A model generated the notes under the pieces. That model worked only from the letters and a program-made list of their open reading frames with translations, made no database searches and was not told where the DNA came from. Shown here in pieces: positions 28,069 through 40,844 of a stretch of DNA of 64,000 nt. The DNA comes from Octopus vulgaris (lineage: Eukaryota). Every line of letters starts with the position of its first letter. The stretch's first letter is position 1. Both the position numbers and the translations under genes were made by a program. The stretch covers positions 189,968,001 to 190,032,000 of the forward strand of contig OX597814.1 of NCBI GenBank assembly GCA_951406725.2, given 5' to 3'.

Positions 28069-28600
28069 ACTTATAAACAAGGGCAAAAGAAAAGAATTCT
28101 AATGCCAAATTTGCCGAAAATAGACAAATCGTCAATAACCATATAATATATCACTACAAGCATGCGTCTCGAAGTAAGCCGACAGAAATTTCTTTCAAAA
28201 TTCCGTTATTATCGTATCGGTCCCAATTTCAGAGTTAATTCATAAGAATTTTCTCCTCGTCAGCGATAAATACGGTAAGAAATAAATGAAATACTTATAC
28301 CCGTGGAAGAAGCAAACACTAAGTCATGAGCACACTTAAGTACCCCAAATATATCCAAAATAGAAATTCTCTAGCACACATCGGACTGAAAACTCTCACA
28401 GAGTGAGAGAGTCCGGAAGTCCGAAAATAGACAAATCGTCAATAACCATATAATTTATCAGTACATATTTGGCATTAGAATTTTTCTCTTTTGCCCTTGT
28501 TTATAAGTCGTTTATAAATTTAACCTTTAAAGGTATTTTTTAATATGCTGGCCATTTATAGAATTTTTTTCGAAAAATTTTATCCTATATTAGATGTATA
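28067..28600 (-). mobile_element. Non-coding PLE/retrozyme-like element with direct and inverted terminal duplications, abutting (TA)n
   Basis: About 45-bp direct repeat at 28114 and 28421 (307-nt period), inverted arms 28069-28110 and 28467-28508, internal hammerhead. Confidence 0.75.
28209..28269 (-). ncRNA. Type I hammerhead ribozyme, canonical core
   Basis: UUAUCG CUGACGA GGAG..AAUUC UUAU GAAUU..CUCU GAAA UUGG GA CCGA UA CGAUAA; all three stems pair. Confidence 0.85.
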
Positions 28601-28807
28601 TATATCAATATATGATATATGATTTATAAAAACATGTAACATACTAAGAAATATCTGTAAATATAAAACCATCCAGATTTCTGAGTACCTCATTTCTTCT
28701 AATATATAATATCTGTACATCATCTCCAGGTAGGTAGGTAGGAAGGTAGACATTTATGAATTTGTGTAGAAAGATACCTGATGTGAAACCGTGTGCTGAA
28801 ACATATT

Positions 28808-29106
28808 TTTATATTTAAGGATGGTATTTTCGTTTTTTTTTCTTTTTGCAAAATAAACATATGCACTATAAATTCGTTCTTCACTCGTTTATTTCTGTTA
28901 TTTCATCTTATAGACTACAGAATGGATTGAACGGAAGAGGAGGACACACGTGGGAGGAAAGTATCGCTGAAGAAGTCACAGATGAGTGACCAAAGATTTC
29001 TGGACAATGGACATAAAACAAAATAAGAACAGTAATAAACAAGTGAAGAACGAATATATAGCCCGTGGGTTTATTTGATAAAAAAATGACCGTCCCGAAA
29101 TATAAC
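28808..29106. mobile_element. Decayed fold-back PLE-type relic
   Basis: Imperfect inverted arms about 28808-28899 and 29028-29106; CTGAAGA A GTCAC..GTGAC CAAA at 28967-28994. Confidence 0.5.
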
Positions 29107-29297
29107 AATGTGTGTGTGTGTAACCCATGCTGTATATATATAGACAGGGCAAATTTAAATATTTAGATTAAAATAAGAATTGACGAAAATGCTTAACCGA
29201 TTGAAGTAAGGAAAAAATTATGGACGACACCGCTAATTAATACGTTTGACACATCGTTAATTAGCAGAATAGCATAGCCTGGATAAAACATGGATTA

Positions 29298-30158
29298 CGT
29301 GGAATAATGCGAGCAAGAGAAATAATATTCTTAAGATTATAAATCTGGAAAATTACAGGACAAGTAATTACACTTGGAAAATTTCAGGACAACTCATTAC
29401 ATCTAGTAAAGTACATAACAAGAAAACTTTCACTTAAAATATTGCAGCCTAGGGTAAAATTTGAATATCAAAAATTACTTGATTTTAATTTACAAAGTAA
29501 CATTATAATTAAAAAAGGTACCGTCATTTTGTTAAAATATTGACACACAGGAATACTTAAAAATGAGAGCCAGAAGTACCAATATAGTTAAAGTTTTATG
29601 CAAATTACAATAGTATATATGGTTGGCAAATTCATTATGTAAAAAATAGGCAATTGGTCAAGACTAAAAATGTGAAAACTTGGCAATAACTCAAGCAAAT
29701 GTTACTATATATTTGTTGTTATAGGTAGATTTTACTGTAATATATAACTAATTTTTGTATTATTCTATTTATTGTACTAACTAATTATCTACTACTATTA
29801 TTTTTATAACCTATTTTCAAATTCCTAATTAATAATAATTTTAAAAATGAATCTTTTAAGTGCAAAAATGTTTTTAGTTATTTTTTCGTTTCTAGTAGAA
29901 GTAACAAGTAATAACAAATAGAAGTAATAACTTGTAATAAAATTTTTAGTTTTAATAAAAGCTAATATTTTCTAAATCTAAATATTTATTTAAAATTTTA
30001 TCCTTACCTACAATATTTTAAGCAAAAAATATTCTTGTTCTGTACTTTACCGGATGTAATGAGTTGTCCTGAACTTTTCCGAGTGAAATAACTTGTCCTG
30101 TAATTTTATAGGTTTATAATCTTAAGAATATTATTTCTCTTGCTCGCATTTTTCCATG
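29298..30158. mobile_element. Long-TIR MITE (about 170-bp imperfect TIRs, TA flanks)
   Basis: 29298-29470 is the imperfect reverse complement of about 29985-30158; AT-rich non-coding interior. Confidence 0.8.
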
Positions 30159-30175
30159 TAATATACAAATATATA

Positions 30176-30331
30176 CACGACAGGTTTCTTGCCGTTTCTC
30201 TCTACCAAATCCACTTTCAGGGCTTTGGTCGACCCGAGGCTCTAGTAGAAGATACTTGCCCAAGGTGCCACGCAGTAGGACTGAACCTGAAACAATGTGG
30301 TTGAGAAGCTAGTTTCTTACCACACAGCCAC
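30176..30331 (-). mobile_element. SINE family B, 5' half
   Basis: Head and central domain only. Confidence 0.8.
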
Positions 30332-33039
30332 ATCATTTTCTTTTTTGATATTTTTAGATAATTAATGATGTCTCTACTTCTTCATATGCGTAAGTTTTTC
30401 CCCAAACAATATCTTCATATTTTGTGCCTAGATAACTTATTATGCCTACCTAACACTTTAGTATAAATGGCATTCTTCTCCTTCCTCTTTCCATAAAGTT
30501 ACAACCTTACATTAAAATTTTAATTTGACTTAGAATACCTTTTTTTTCTATAAAATTTGTCTCACTTCTTCCGTTCAGATGAAGAGTGATATACAAATAT
30601 GTCTACATTTTAAAATTTCCTTCTTTTTTTTTCCCCTTATATATTTCCATCTAATTTACACACAGTGTTATATTTTGAAAATGAATGTACCTCAATTATT
30701 TTCTCCGTTTTTTAAAACAAAACTTTAGTTTTAAGTTAATTTTACTTATATTTTTATTATGTTAACAATTCAGATACTGAAGGCCGAATCGTTACCGCAT
30801 CGGTAAAAGTGTTTAGCGTCATTTCTTCCGACTTTATGTTCTGAATTCAACTGCCGTTGCGGTCGACTTCGCCTTTCACCCTTTCAGGATCGATAATACA
30901 CGTATCAGTTGAGCAATGGTGTCGCTGTAATTGATTTAACCCCTTTCTTGAAATTGCTGGACTTGAACCAAATTTTAACATCAATAATTTAAATACATCT
31001 GCTTATTGACTCACTCTAAGACCTAACTTGGTTCTCCTTTTTACTCTACAGTGTATAAATGTATCGTCCACTTCTATCCACAACCTATACTTTCACAATT
31101 TTTTAAAAGAATTACACTCGTTAACGTACTTATATACTTTAATACTACCAGATTTCAAAACGTATTTTCAATGTTGCTGACATTATTTTTATCAATTTCA
31201 ATCTTTTTCAGTAGTAATATATTTTAATATATTTGTCAAATATTTCTTCCTCGTGTATTCCAAACTATTTCCTTCAAATACTTATACAACGTCATACATT
31301 TAGTTTGTCTTTCTGAAACTATTTTCTTTTTTTCTTTTCATTTTTCTCTCTATCTACTTCAACATTTCTTTCGTCTCTTATCGTCTTCCTGCCATATAAT
31401 TCTTTTCTTCTCTCTCCCTCCCTCTCTCTCTCTTTCTACGTTTCCATATCTCTCTATACATCTTTCAAATAAAGTCCGTTTGGATTGAAAATCTTTACTG
31501 ATGGGCAGACAATTCCTTATCAACAGAAATTCTTCCTTCCTTCATCATTGCCTTCTTCTTCTTAGTCTCTCTTTCTTTGAAACACATTTAGTCAGCGGTA
31601 TATCGTTGCCAAAATAACTCTCCAAAATGCATTTCACCTTCATTTATTCAATTAGCATATTCTGAACACGTGATATAGCCATGTGCTAAAACATAATATT
31701 TTCATGTCCGTATCGACTGTGTAAAACGCATTAAAGTAAGAGGCACTATTATTTTAGTGCTGATGAATATCTTAAACTGCAATTTTGGTGTAGATAAATA
31801 TCTTAAACTTTAGCGTTAGGTGAACTATATGTTTTATAGTTCATACGATAACTTTTTTTATGCAAACCCCCTACTGCAGATAAAAATCCGTGTTAATTTC
31901 TCAGATATTGGAAAGTAATATATTTCTGTTTTTAAAGTGGGTTACAATAAATATATAATATAGAATTTAAGGGGGCGGATATATGAACAAAGGAAGTATA
32001 TTACAGCGGTGTGTGAAGACGAAGGTGGGTATTGAAAAATAGTTGAAAAATGAGAGAATGACAAAAGATGGAAGAGAAAAGAGAGGATTGATAAAAGATG
32101 AAAAACGAATTAATGTAGAGCAAGTTAAATTTCTGTTCGTTTTCATGACTTTAACCTAATACAGCTGGTGTTTACCGCTTCCGTGAAAAGTGCTTCGTGT
32201 GTCCCAGTTCTGTAACAAGTGAGTCAGAAGTGTCGGCAGTACCTGATCTGTTCTCATCTGTTGTTTAGATAGAGGCATTGATTGTGAAGGCCTTTGAAGA
32301 TTTTTCCTTGTCCTTGCTATGTTTAAAACCACGCTCTTTGCTTCTGTTTTACCTGGGTTTAGATGTAACAACGATTTTCCATTTAGGCACCAGACTGAAG
32401 CGTTTCCTTTTACTTGTCACACGTAGTTGGCTAATTTAACTGTTTTGTGTGATTGTGTGTCTGTCTGTCTGTATGTGTGTGTTTCTAAAAGAAAATGTAG
32501 CATTATAATTTTTTTACATTTCGCCATGTCTATGTTAATATTCACGTACCAGTTGTCTGTTAAACGTTTTAGATGCTATACTGCGTATGTTATCGCTTCT
32601 GCGTCATAGCATTCATTTATTACTGCCGCTGCATCAGCATGTAACTTTATTTTGAATGGATGTGTTAACGTATGCGTATGACATGCGTTTCCATATTGTT
32701 CATTCAACTATATTATATTTTCAATTTTTATCTGTTAAAAAGGTATTTTATGTCTACGATTGGCGGGTTAGTTCTTGACAATTTACTTTAGAAAAAGTCT
32801 AGCTGTTTTATATCTGAAATTGGCAAAAATGTGGTTAGAGAACGTAGAATACTACTACGTGTCTTCATAATTTCGGAGCAGATAGCATTGTCAGTTGGTA
32901 ATTTCATTTCTTAATCCACAAACCTGTAAAGCGTTATGGCAGCTGCATTATCGAATGTTTGAACACACATTGCCTGAAAATGTCAATTGTAATGTTGTTG
33001 ATGAGGGCCTAAAAGACTATGGGTGGGTGGTATTTTTTT

Positions 33040-33395
33040 AGACCCCCTTCGGTCATGAATGACCATGGGATTGCACCTAGAAAGTTACCCTCCTAGACAC
33101 AAGTCAGGGCAAGGTTGTTTATGGAAGGCCAGCAGTCGCCCATGCATACCAGCCTCCCCTCTCCACACCACTGATGTTATCCAAGGGAAAGACAAAGGTC
33201 GATACAGCTTGGCACCAGTGACGTCGCAACTCATTTCTACAGCTGAGTGAACTGGAGCAACGTGAAATAAAGTGCCTTGCTCAAGAACACAACACGCAGC
33301 CCGGTCCGGGATTCGAGCTCACAACCTCACGATCGTAAGCTCGACGCTCTAACCACTGAGCCATGCGCCTTCACCCACTGAGCCATGCGCCTTCA
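33040..33395 (-). mobile_element. tRNA(Arg-like)-derived SINE family D1
   Basis: GGCGCATGGCTCAGTGGTTAGAGCG..TTACGAT..TCGAATCCC head, CORE-like GTGTTCTTGAGCAAG; 21-bp duplication of the 5' end. Confidence 0.85.
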
Positions 33396-33557
33396 TGGGT
33401 GGTATAAAGCTAGTTAATATAAGGGAATTTATCCACGGGTTTTGAATGCTTTTTGTGAGTTATTTAATCTTGTGTAACACTATGCAACTCAGCTCTAATT
33501 AATTTAATAACCGTAGATACATCAAAACTTTTAAATACTAAAATTAAAGCTTTTAAA

Positions 33558-34460
33558 TACTCTTACTCTTTTACTTGTTTCAGTCATTTGACTGTGGCCA
33601 TGCTGGAGCACCGCCTCTAGTCGAGAATATCGACCCCTGGACTTCTTTGTAAGCCTAGTACTTATTCTATCGGTCTCTTTTGCTGAACCGCTAAGTTATG
33701 GGGACGTAAACACACCAGCATCGATTGTCAAGCGACGTTGTGGGGACAAACACAGACACACATATATATATATAAAGTTATATCTTGAGTGACAACAACG
33801 CTCAAGATATACAACGGACCGGAAATAGAAGTGCTCCAATGAGCTGTATACACTTTTTTATCCAAGGGGAGACAATGGATCGAATTGTATGCGTTTAAAG
33901 TTCCATTCAGGATCGACGAAAAAATTTCTGGGAATACCTGAATGTCGTGTTCTGAGAATGGCCGGTATGTGATTGTGTATTTGTTCATGTTTTATATGTG
34001 TTGTATAGGACATCTGATGAGGGGAGTGCCAATATTTATTTCTCTTATTCTAACAGTTTTAAGCGTGTTATATGCAAAATTTATATTTATATTTACATTT
34101 TTATTTGTATATGATACCTATATATTACTGAATTAAAAATTTTTTTTAAATGTCGGACTGTTTAGATATAAATTAGTATATAAGATTTGTATGTGTTTGG
34201 TCTATCTTTGAATTTTGTGATGTTCCTGTGGTTGTTGCTCACATTGCCTCCCCTTGGATAAAAAAGTGTATATATGTATATATATATATATATATGTGAC
34301 GGGCTTCTTTCAGTTTCCGTCTACCAAATCCACTCACAAGGCTTTGGTCGGCCCGAGGCTATTGTAGAAGACACTTGCCCAAGGTGCCACGCAGTGGGAC
34401 TGAACCCGGAACCATGTGGTTGGTAAGCAAGCTACTTACCACACAGCCACTCCTGCGCCT
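33558..34460 (-). mobile_element. SINE family B interrupted by a 500-bp insertion
   Basis: 3' half at 33558-33770, 5' half at 34296-34460. Confidence 0.9.
33775..34272. mobile_element. PLE-type insertion with inverted end inside the (TA)n of a family-B SINE
   Basis: Inverted arms 33847-33877 and 34242-34272; interrupts the SINE at 33558-34460. Confidence 0.6.
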
Positions 34461-35377
34461 ATTGTAAATGTGTAGAGAAAGTTCGTTGATTTGTCGAAAA
34501 TGTTAGGATTAGTATCTTTTGTCAGAGATCATCCTTGTAAAGTCAAAATATATCATTCTATTGTTTTGAATCCTTTTGTATATATACCCCTAATATGTGC
34601 GACTCTTTTAAACTGCATACACTCGCGCTCTCGATCCCACATTTACTTATGTAAGTTGTTTGGTCAAATTCTTTAGCCACGCTGAATACATATTGGAAAA
34701 TATGCTTTTTTTTCTTTTTCAGCTCCGTCATATCATTTCTATATTTCTATCATGTAGAGTAGTTCTTGTGAAATTCTATGGCATTATATTTAGGCTTTTA
34801 GGTATAGGGATAAAATAAGACAATGTTGAACTGAGTAAATCTATGTCTAATTATGACTGATACCATTCAACCAATTAATGATATCATTACTATTATTCCA
34901 ATTACTGTGGATTTGTGAGTTTCAAAATTTCAGTGCCAATATGATTCAAAATCGTCTTAGTAACCTATTATTCTCACGGATTCTGCTGGGCTAATTTATC
35001 TGCATTTAGCGTTAGATTAATACTTAATCGTTATGAACACATGAGGATTAGCCAAGAATACCAGTATGTTAGGTTTTGTTGTTTTTAGGTTTATTATATT
35101 ATCATTTTTGTGTGTATATATAAATATTTTTAGAATGCATCTTCCCTGATGACGGACCAATGAGTGAGGGGATTTCGATAAATATTTTACTGTTTTTTTA
35201 ACAGAACACTGGGAAGTTTTCACATTGTTTGGTATCTCCATACCTTATACTTTCAATCAGGTGACACAGGAAAATTATCTAGATTATGCATACTTCAGTT
35301 TTTGAGAGTTAAGTTGTGTTCTGTATAAACATATTATTTGTGTGTATGTGATGTATGTGTACATATGAACACACACG

Positions 35378-35426
<49 letters not shown>

Positions 35427-35745
35427 GCGCCTTTTTTTCGCCCTTTTCAAGCCTAGCCAAGCTCATGGGCCCGGTTTCCCGGTTTCTGTAGCGTATGTGT
35501 TCGCCCCAGCTGGCCGGGACGCCAGTCCATCGCAGCGTTACTCAAGAAACAGGAAGGAAGTATGAGAGAAAGTTGGGCTGAAAGAGTACAAAAGGGGTCG
35601 CCACCCTCCACCACCCCCCCTGCCGGAGCCTTGTGGATCTTTAGGTGTTTTCGCTCAATAAACACACACAACGCTCGATCTGGGAATTGAAACCGCGATC
35701 CTTCGACTGCGAGTCCACTGCCCTAACCACTGGGCCATTGCGCCT
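35427..35745 (-). mobile_element. SINE family C head with the family D2 (V-domain-like) tail
   Basis: Head as at 9451; tail as in 45840-46090. Confidence 0.85.
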
Positions 35746-36088
35746 CACATACCTACACACACACACACACACACACACATATAAATATATACGAATACAC
35801 ACACATGCACGCACACACACACACATACACATAACTACAATTTTGCTACGTGTAAATACATTAAACAGTATATTATGCTTCTAGAGGGTGCAATGACTGA
35901 TAGTCGTATCAGATTCCCCTCTATGTGGATGGTCATATTTCACGCTATATGAAAGCAAATTTCATAACCATGAAACCTAAACGCTGACTATATATCTATG
36001 TAATCTAGGAAGTAATAAGCACTGTATGAAAAGACATTTACAGGTAGTAACGGATATAGTTAGTCGCTCTCGTTTCCAGCTTTTCTTC

Positions 36089-36512
36089 TTATTTCGTTAC
36101 TACCCACAAGGAGCTAAACTTAGAGGGGACAAAGAAGGACAGACAAACGGATTAAGTCGATTATATCGGCCCCGGTGTGTAATAGGTACTTATTTAATCG
36201 ACCCCGAAAGAATGAAAGGTAAAGTCGACCCCGGCGGAATTTGAACTCAGAACGTAACGGCAGACGAAAGACGAAATACATATTTTCTTTACAACCCACA
36301 AGGGGCTAAACACAGAAGGGACAAACAAAGACAGATAAACGGATTAAGTCGATTATATCGACCCCAGTTCGTAACTGGTACTTATTTAATCGACCCCGAA
36401 AGGATGAAAGGCAAAGTCGACCTGGGCGGAATTTGAACTCAGAACGTAGCGACAGACGAAATACTGCTGAGCATTTCGCCCGGCGTACTAACGTTTCTGC
36501 CATCTCGCCACC
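36089..36512 (-). mobile_element. SINE family A dimer
   Basis: Two bodies and one head; junction at about 36270-36285. Confidence 0.9.
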
Positions 36513-36702
36513 CTGATAGAAGCAACCACAGACCAGTTTAAAACACGAAAATCACCACCACAAACAAAAGGCCTTGATTCTTTGGAATTCCAGTTTTAAA
36601 TATGATAACTAACACACGCTTCTGTATTTGCGTTAACAACTCTGAAAACAGTATGGTTGACATTAATTATTTTCTTACTATGATAGGCACATGGCTATCT
36701 GT

Positions 36703-37023
36703 GAAAGCGCATGGCTCAGTGGTTAGAGCGTCGAGCTTACGATCGTGAGGTTGTGATTCGAATCCCGGTCCGGGCTGTGTGTGTTGTGTTCTTGAGCAAG
36801 AAACTTTATTTCACGTTGCTCCAGTTCACTCAGTATTAGTGCGATGTCACTGGTGCCAAGCTGTATCGACCTGTGTCTTGGATAACATTGGCGGCACGGA
36901 GAGGGGAGGCCGGTATGCATGGGCGACTGCTCGTCTTCCATAAACAACCTTGCCCGGACTTGTGCCTGGGAATGTAACTTTCTCGGTGCAAGCCCACGTT
37001 CAGTCATGACCGAAGGGGGTCTA
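36703..37023 (+). mobile_element. SINE family D1
   Basis: Homologous to 33040-33373. Confidence 0.85.
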
Positions 37024-37834
37024 AGCATGATAGGAACAAGACCTGAAATTCTAGAGGAGTGGGATAATCGATTACATAAACTCCAGTGCTCGACTGGTAA
37101 ATATTTTATCTACTCCGAAAGATTGACAGGCAAAGTCAATATCAGGGAAAATTTGAGCTCTGAACTTAATGAGTCGGAAGGATGCCGCTAAGCATTTTTT
37201 CCAACGTGCTAACAATCCTACCAGTTCGTTGCCTTCTTATTCGATATCAGGAAATGTGCAAAAAAACTACTAGTGTATTCTCTGACAGAACTAGTAACAT
37301 TTTGGAGTAGAAAACAGCATAATAAAAGGCCCAGATGTTAACCAATATTTCGAAAAAGACTTGTGCAAACATAATGATATGAACAATGAGGCAAAATTTA
37401 AAAATAAAAATTGTAGATTAGATTTTCGTGTTTAGCTAAAGGCGAATCGTATGTTACGATTTAAGATGACAAAGATAATTATATCTCGAATACAAAATGT
37501 AGATTAATTAATCCGACAAAAACAGAAATATGATTAATTAGCAAGAATAACTCAAGAACACTTAATAATATTAAAGATACAACCAGATGCCAGCTGTAGC
37601 ATATCTGTAATATAGCATTTATTTGATTCAACAAAGTTAAAATATATGAAGCTCTGTTTGCTCGACTTGCCGGCGAATTTTACCCATCGTTTTCTAAATT
37701 TCAAGAGAGGTCTCAGAATATTATTCAATGTCAGCACGGGGTTGATTTATTGCGCATATCTGTACTGTGCAATCTCGTTATTCAATAAATACAGGATTCA
37801 CTAAGTAACAAATCTCTAAACCTAAATATCATAT

Positions 37835-38430
37835 TGGTTTCAAATTTTGGCAGAGGGTCAGCAAGTTCAGGGGGGAGGTGGGTAAGTCGATTACATTGAC
37901 CCAAGTACTCAGCTGGTAGTTATTTTATAGACCTCCGAAATGATGAAACACAAAGTCGGACTCGGCGGAATTCGAACACAGAACGTAAAGACGGACGAAA
38001 TACCTATTTCTTTACTACCCACAAGGGGCTAGACACAGAGAGGACAAACAAGGACAGAAAAACGGATTAAGTCTATTATATCGACCCCAGTGCGTAACTG
38101 GTACTTATTTAATCGACCCCCAAAGGATGAAAGGCAAAGTCGACCTCGGCGGAATTTGAACTCAGAACATAGCGGCAGACGAAATACCTATTTCTTTACT
38201 ACCCACAAGGGGCTAAAAACAGAGAGGACAAACAAGGACAGACAAACGGATTAAGTCGATTATATCGACCCCAGTGCGTAACTGGTACTTATTTAATCGA
38301 ACCCGAAAGGATGAAAAGCAAAGTCGACGTCGGCGGAATTTGAACTCAGAACGTAGCGGCAGACGAAATACCGCTAAGCATTTCGCCAGCTCGCTGCCTT
38401 CAGACGGACGAAATATCGCTATGCATCTTT
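37835..38430 (-). mobile_element. SINE family A dimer nested in an older family A copy
   Basis: 14-bp TSD AGACGGACGAAATA at 37989-38002 and 38402-38415. Confidence 0.85.
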
Positions 38431-38479
38431 CTCTCGGGTGTATTCCAGTATGACAAAGGGCGTTCACTAAACATTTTTA

Positions 38480-38835
38480 GGAAAGATCGTATTTGTACCG
38501 TTAACACTAAAATAACATAATATCGTAAATCTCTAAGACGTTCCCCTACAATAAACCAAAAATAATTATCATATGTTAATATCGACTCCATTCAGCGTCC
38601 ACATAGCTACCTTCAAAATCATGAGCATGGACACTTTAATGCAGCTATTCGATATTCTGAGGTCTTCAAATGTACAACTGCTTACCTAAAGATATAAGAA
38701 CATACAAAGCACCTCTTTAGAAATGTTCAACGAACTATTGAATGGACTATTAACCAAAATAATGGGCAAAACATCTATGCTCCAGGAAGACCAGCTGCCA
38801 CTAATTCTCTTGTGAACCATCTTCCAGCCTTAAAG
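38480..38835 (+). pseudogene. Degenerate 3' end of a CR1-like LINE
   Basis: GLQMYNCLPKDIR / LEMFNELLNGLLTKI / RPAATNSLVNHL parallels the C-terminus of the 42769-44100 ORF. Confidence 0.5.
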
Positions 38836-38915
38836 CTTCAACAAAACTAGAAAAGAACGGTAATCAATAAATAATAGATGTGGTGCTCTAATTTCTCTCT
38901 ATATATATATATACT

Positions 38916-39086
38916 GGCGTAGGAGTGGCTGTGAAGTAAGTAGCTAGCTAACCAACCACATGGTTCCGGGTTCAGTCCCACTGCCTGGCATCTTGGGTAA
39001 GTGTCTTCTGCTATAGCCTCGGGCCGACCAATGCCTTGTGAGTGGATTTGGTAGACAGAAACTGAAAGAAGCCTGTCGTATATATG

Positions 39087-39119
<33 letters not shown>

Positions 39120-39733
39120 TTGTGTGTCTGTGTTTGTCCCCCTAGCATTGTTTGACAACCGATGCTTGTGTGTTTACGTCCCCGTCACTTAGCGGTTCGG
39201 CAAAAGAGACCGATAGAATAAGTACTGGGCTTATAAAGAATAAGTCCCGGGGTCGATTTGCTCGACTAAAAGGCGGTGCTCCAGCATGGCCGCAATCAAA
39301 TGACTGAAACAAGTAAAAGAGTAAAAGAGTATATATATACTGGCGTAGGAGTTACTGTGAGGTAAGTGGCTTCCGTACCAACGACATGGTTCCGGGTTCA
39401 GTCCCACTGCGTGGGATCTGGGGCGAGTGTCTTCTACTATAGGCTCGGGTCAACCAAGGCCTTGTGAGTGGATTTGGTAGACGGAAACTGAAAGAAGCCC
39501 GTCGTATATATGTATATATATATGTGTGTGTATGTGTATGTTTGTGTGTCTGTATTTTTCCCCTCAACATCGCTTGACAACCGATGCTGGTGTGTTTACG
39601 TCCCCGTAACTTAGCGGTTCAGCAAATGAGACCGATAGAATAAGTACTAAGCTTACAAAGATTAAGTCCAGGGTCGACTGAAGGCAGTGCTCCGGCATGG
39701 CCACATTCAAATGACTGAAACAAGTAAGAGAGT
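38916..39733 (+). mobile_element. Two tandem SINE family B copies
   Basis: 38916-39330 and 39342-39733, each preceded by TATATATATACT. Confidence 0.9.
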
Positions 39734-40088
39734 ATATATATATGTATTTTTGTGTGCATACGTGCACATGAATACACATATTCCATATTGAATATCATAG
39801 ATAGATAGGCATATAGATAGAAATGTATATAATATTTGTGTATGTCGATGTACAGTATTTAAGCGTCTGTGTATGTATGTGCGTGAGCGCCGCGCGCGTT
39901 TAAACATCTTTGCACAGGATTATAAACACTAATTGGCTTTACTGTACAGAAGGATTGGAAATGAGAATATATGACATCTACACCAGGTTTGCGATTAACA
40001 TTCAAGTAGGTCTCATATATATATATATATGTGGAGGGAGGGGCGTAAATATAAAGAAACTGTCATATGTTTTTATAAGCGTCGAAAT

Positions 40089-40496
40089 ACTCTTACTCTT
40101 TCACTCTTTTACTTGTTTCAGTCATTTGACTGCGGCCATGCTGGAGCACGGCCTTTAATCGAGCAACTCGACCCCGGGACTTATTCTTTTGTAAGCCCAG
40201 TACTTATTCTATCGGTCTCTTTTGCCGAACTGCTAAGTAACGGGGACATAAACACACCAGCATCGGTTGTCAAGCAATGCTAGGGGGACAAACACAGATA
40301 CACAAACACACACACGCATATATACTTATATACGACGGTTTTCTTTCAGTTTCCGTCTACCAAATCCACTCACAAGGCTTTGGTCGGCCCGAGGCTATAG
40401 TAGAAGACACTTGCCCAAGGTGCCACACAGTGGGACTGAACCGGGAACCATGTGGTTGGTAAACAAGCTACTTACCACACAGCCACTCCTACGCCT
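40089..40496 (-). mobile_element. SINE family B
   Basis: Full-length homologue. Confidence 0.9.
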
Positions 40497-40511
40497 AATG
40501 TGTATAGAACT

Positions 40512-40693
40512 ATACAAATTAGATGATATATTTCGAATGCAGATTTGCCGTTGGAACAACAGAAATACTGGATGAATTACTCTTACAAAGCGGAAAAATT
40601 TATCAACAACTAGCTTTATAAAGGAAATTCACCCTGTATTTCTGCAGTTCTACCGGCAAATCTGCGTTCGAAAAAATATCTTCTAATTTGTAT
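40512..40693. mobile_element. Short fold-back element / MITE
   Basis: About 67-bp imperfect inverted arms at 40512-40578 and 40626-40693. Confidence 0.65.
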
Positions 40694-40803
40694 CGTTATA
40701 TATATATATATATATATATATGTAGGTCCCGAGTTGAGTCGGGGTTAACCACAGTAAATAAGGTACTCAATAGTCCTGTAGAAGCTCCTTCTATAAAATA
40801 AAA

Positions 40804-40844
<41 letters not shown>

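Noticed and set aside
32156-32410. Coding-looking stretch on the minus strand (..LHLNPGKT..)
   Set aside because: Short, no convincing splice pair, only a faint resemblance to a LINE motif.
36703-36775. tRNA-Arg-like sequence (and similar heads at 9380-9451, 10503, 33300, 45840, 48263)
   Set aside because: No closing acceptor stem; each continues into a SINE body, so these are SINE heads, not tRNA genes.
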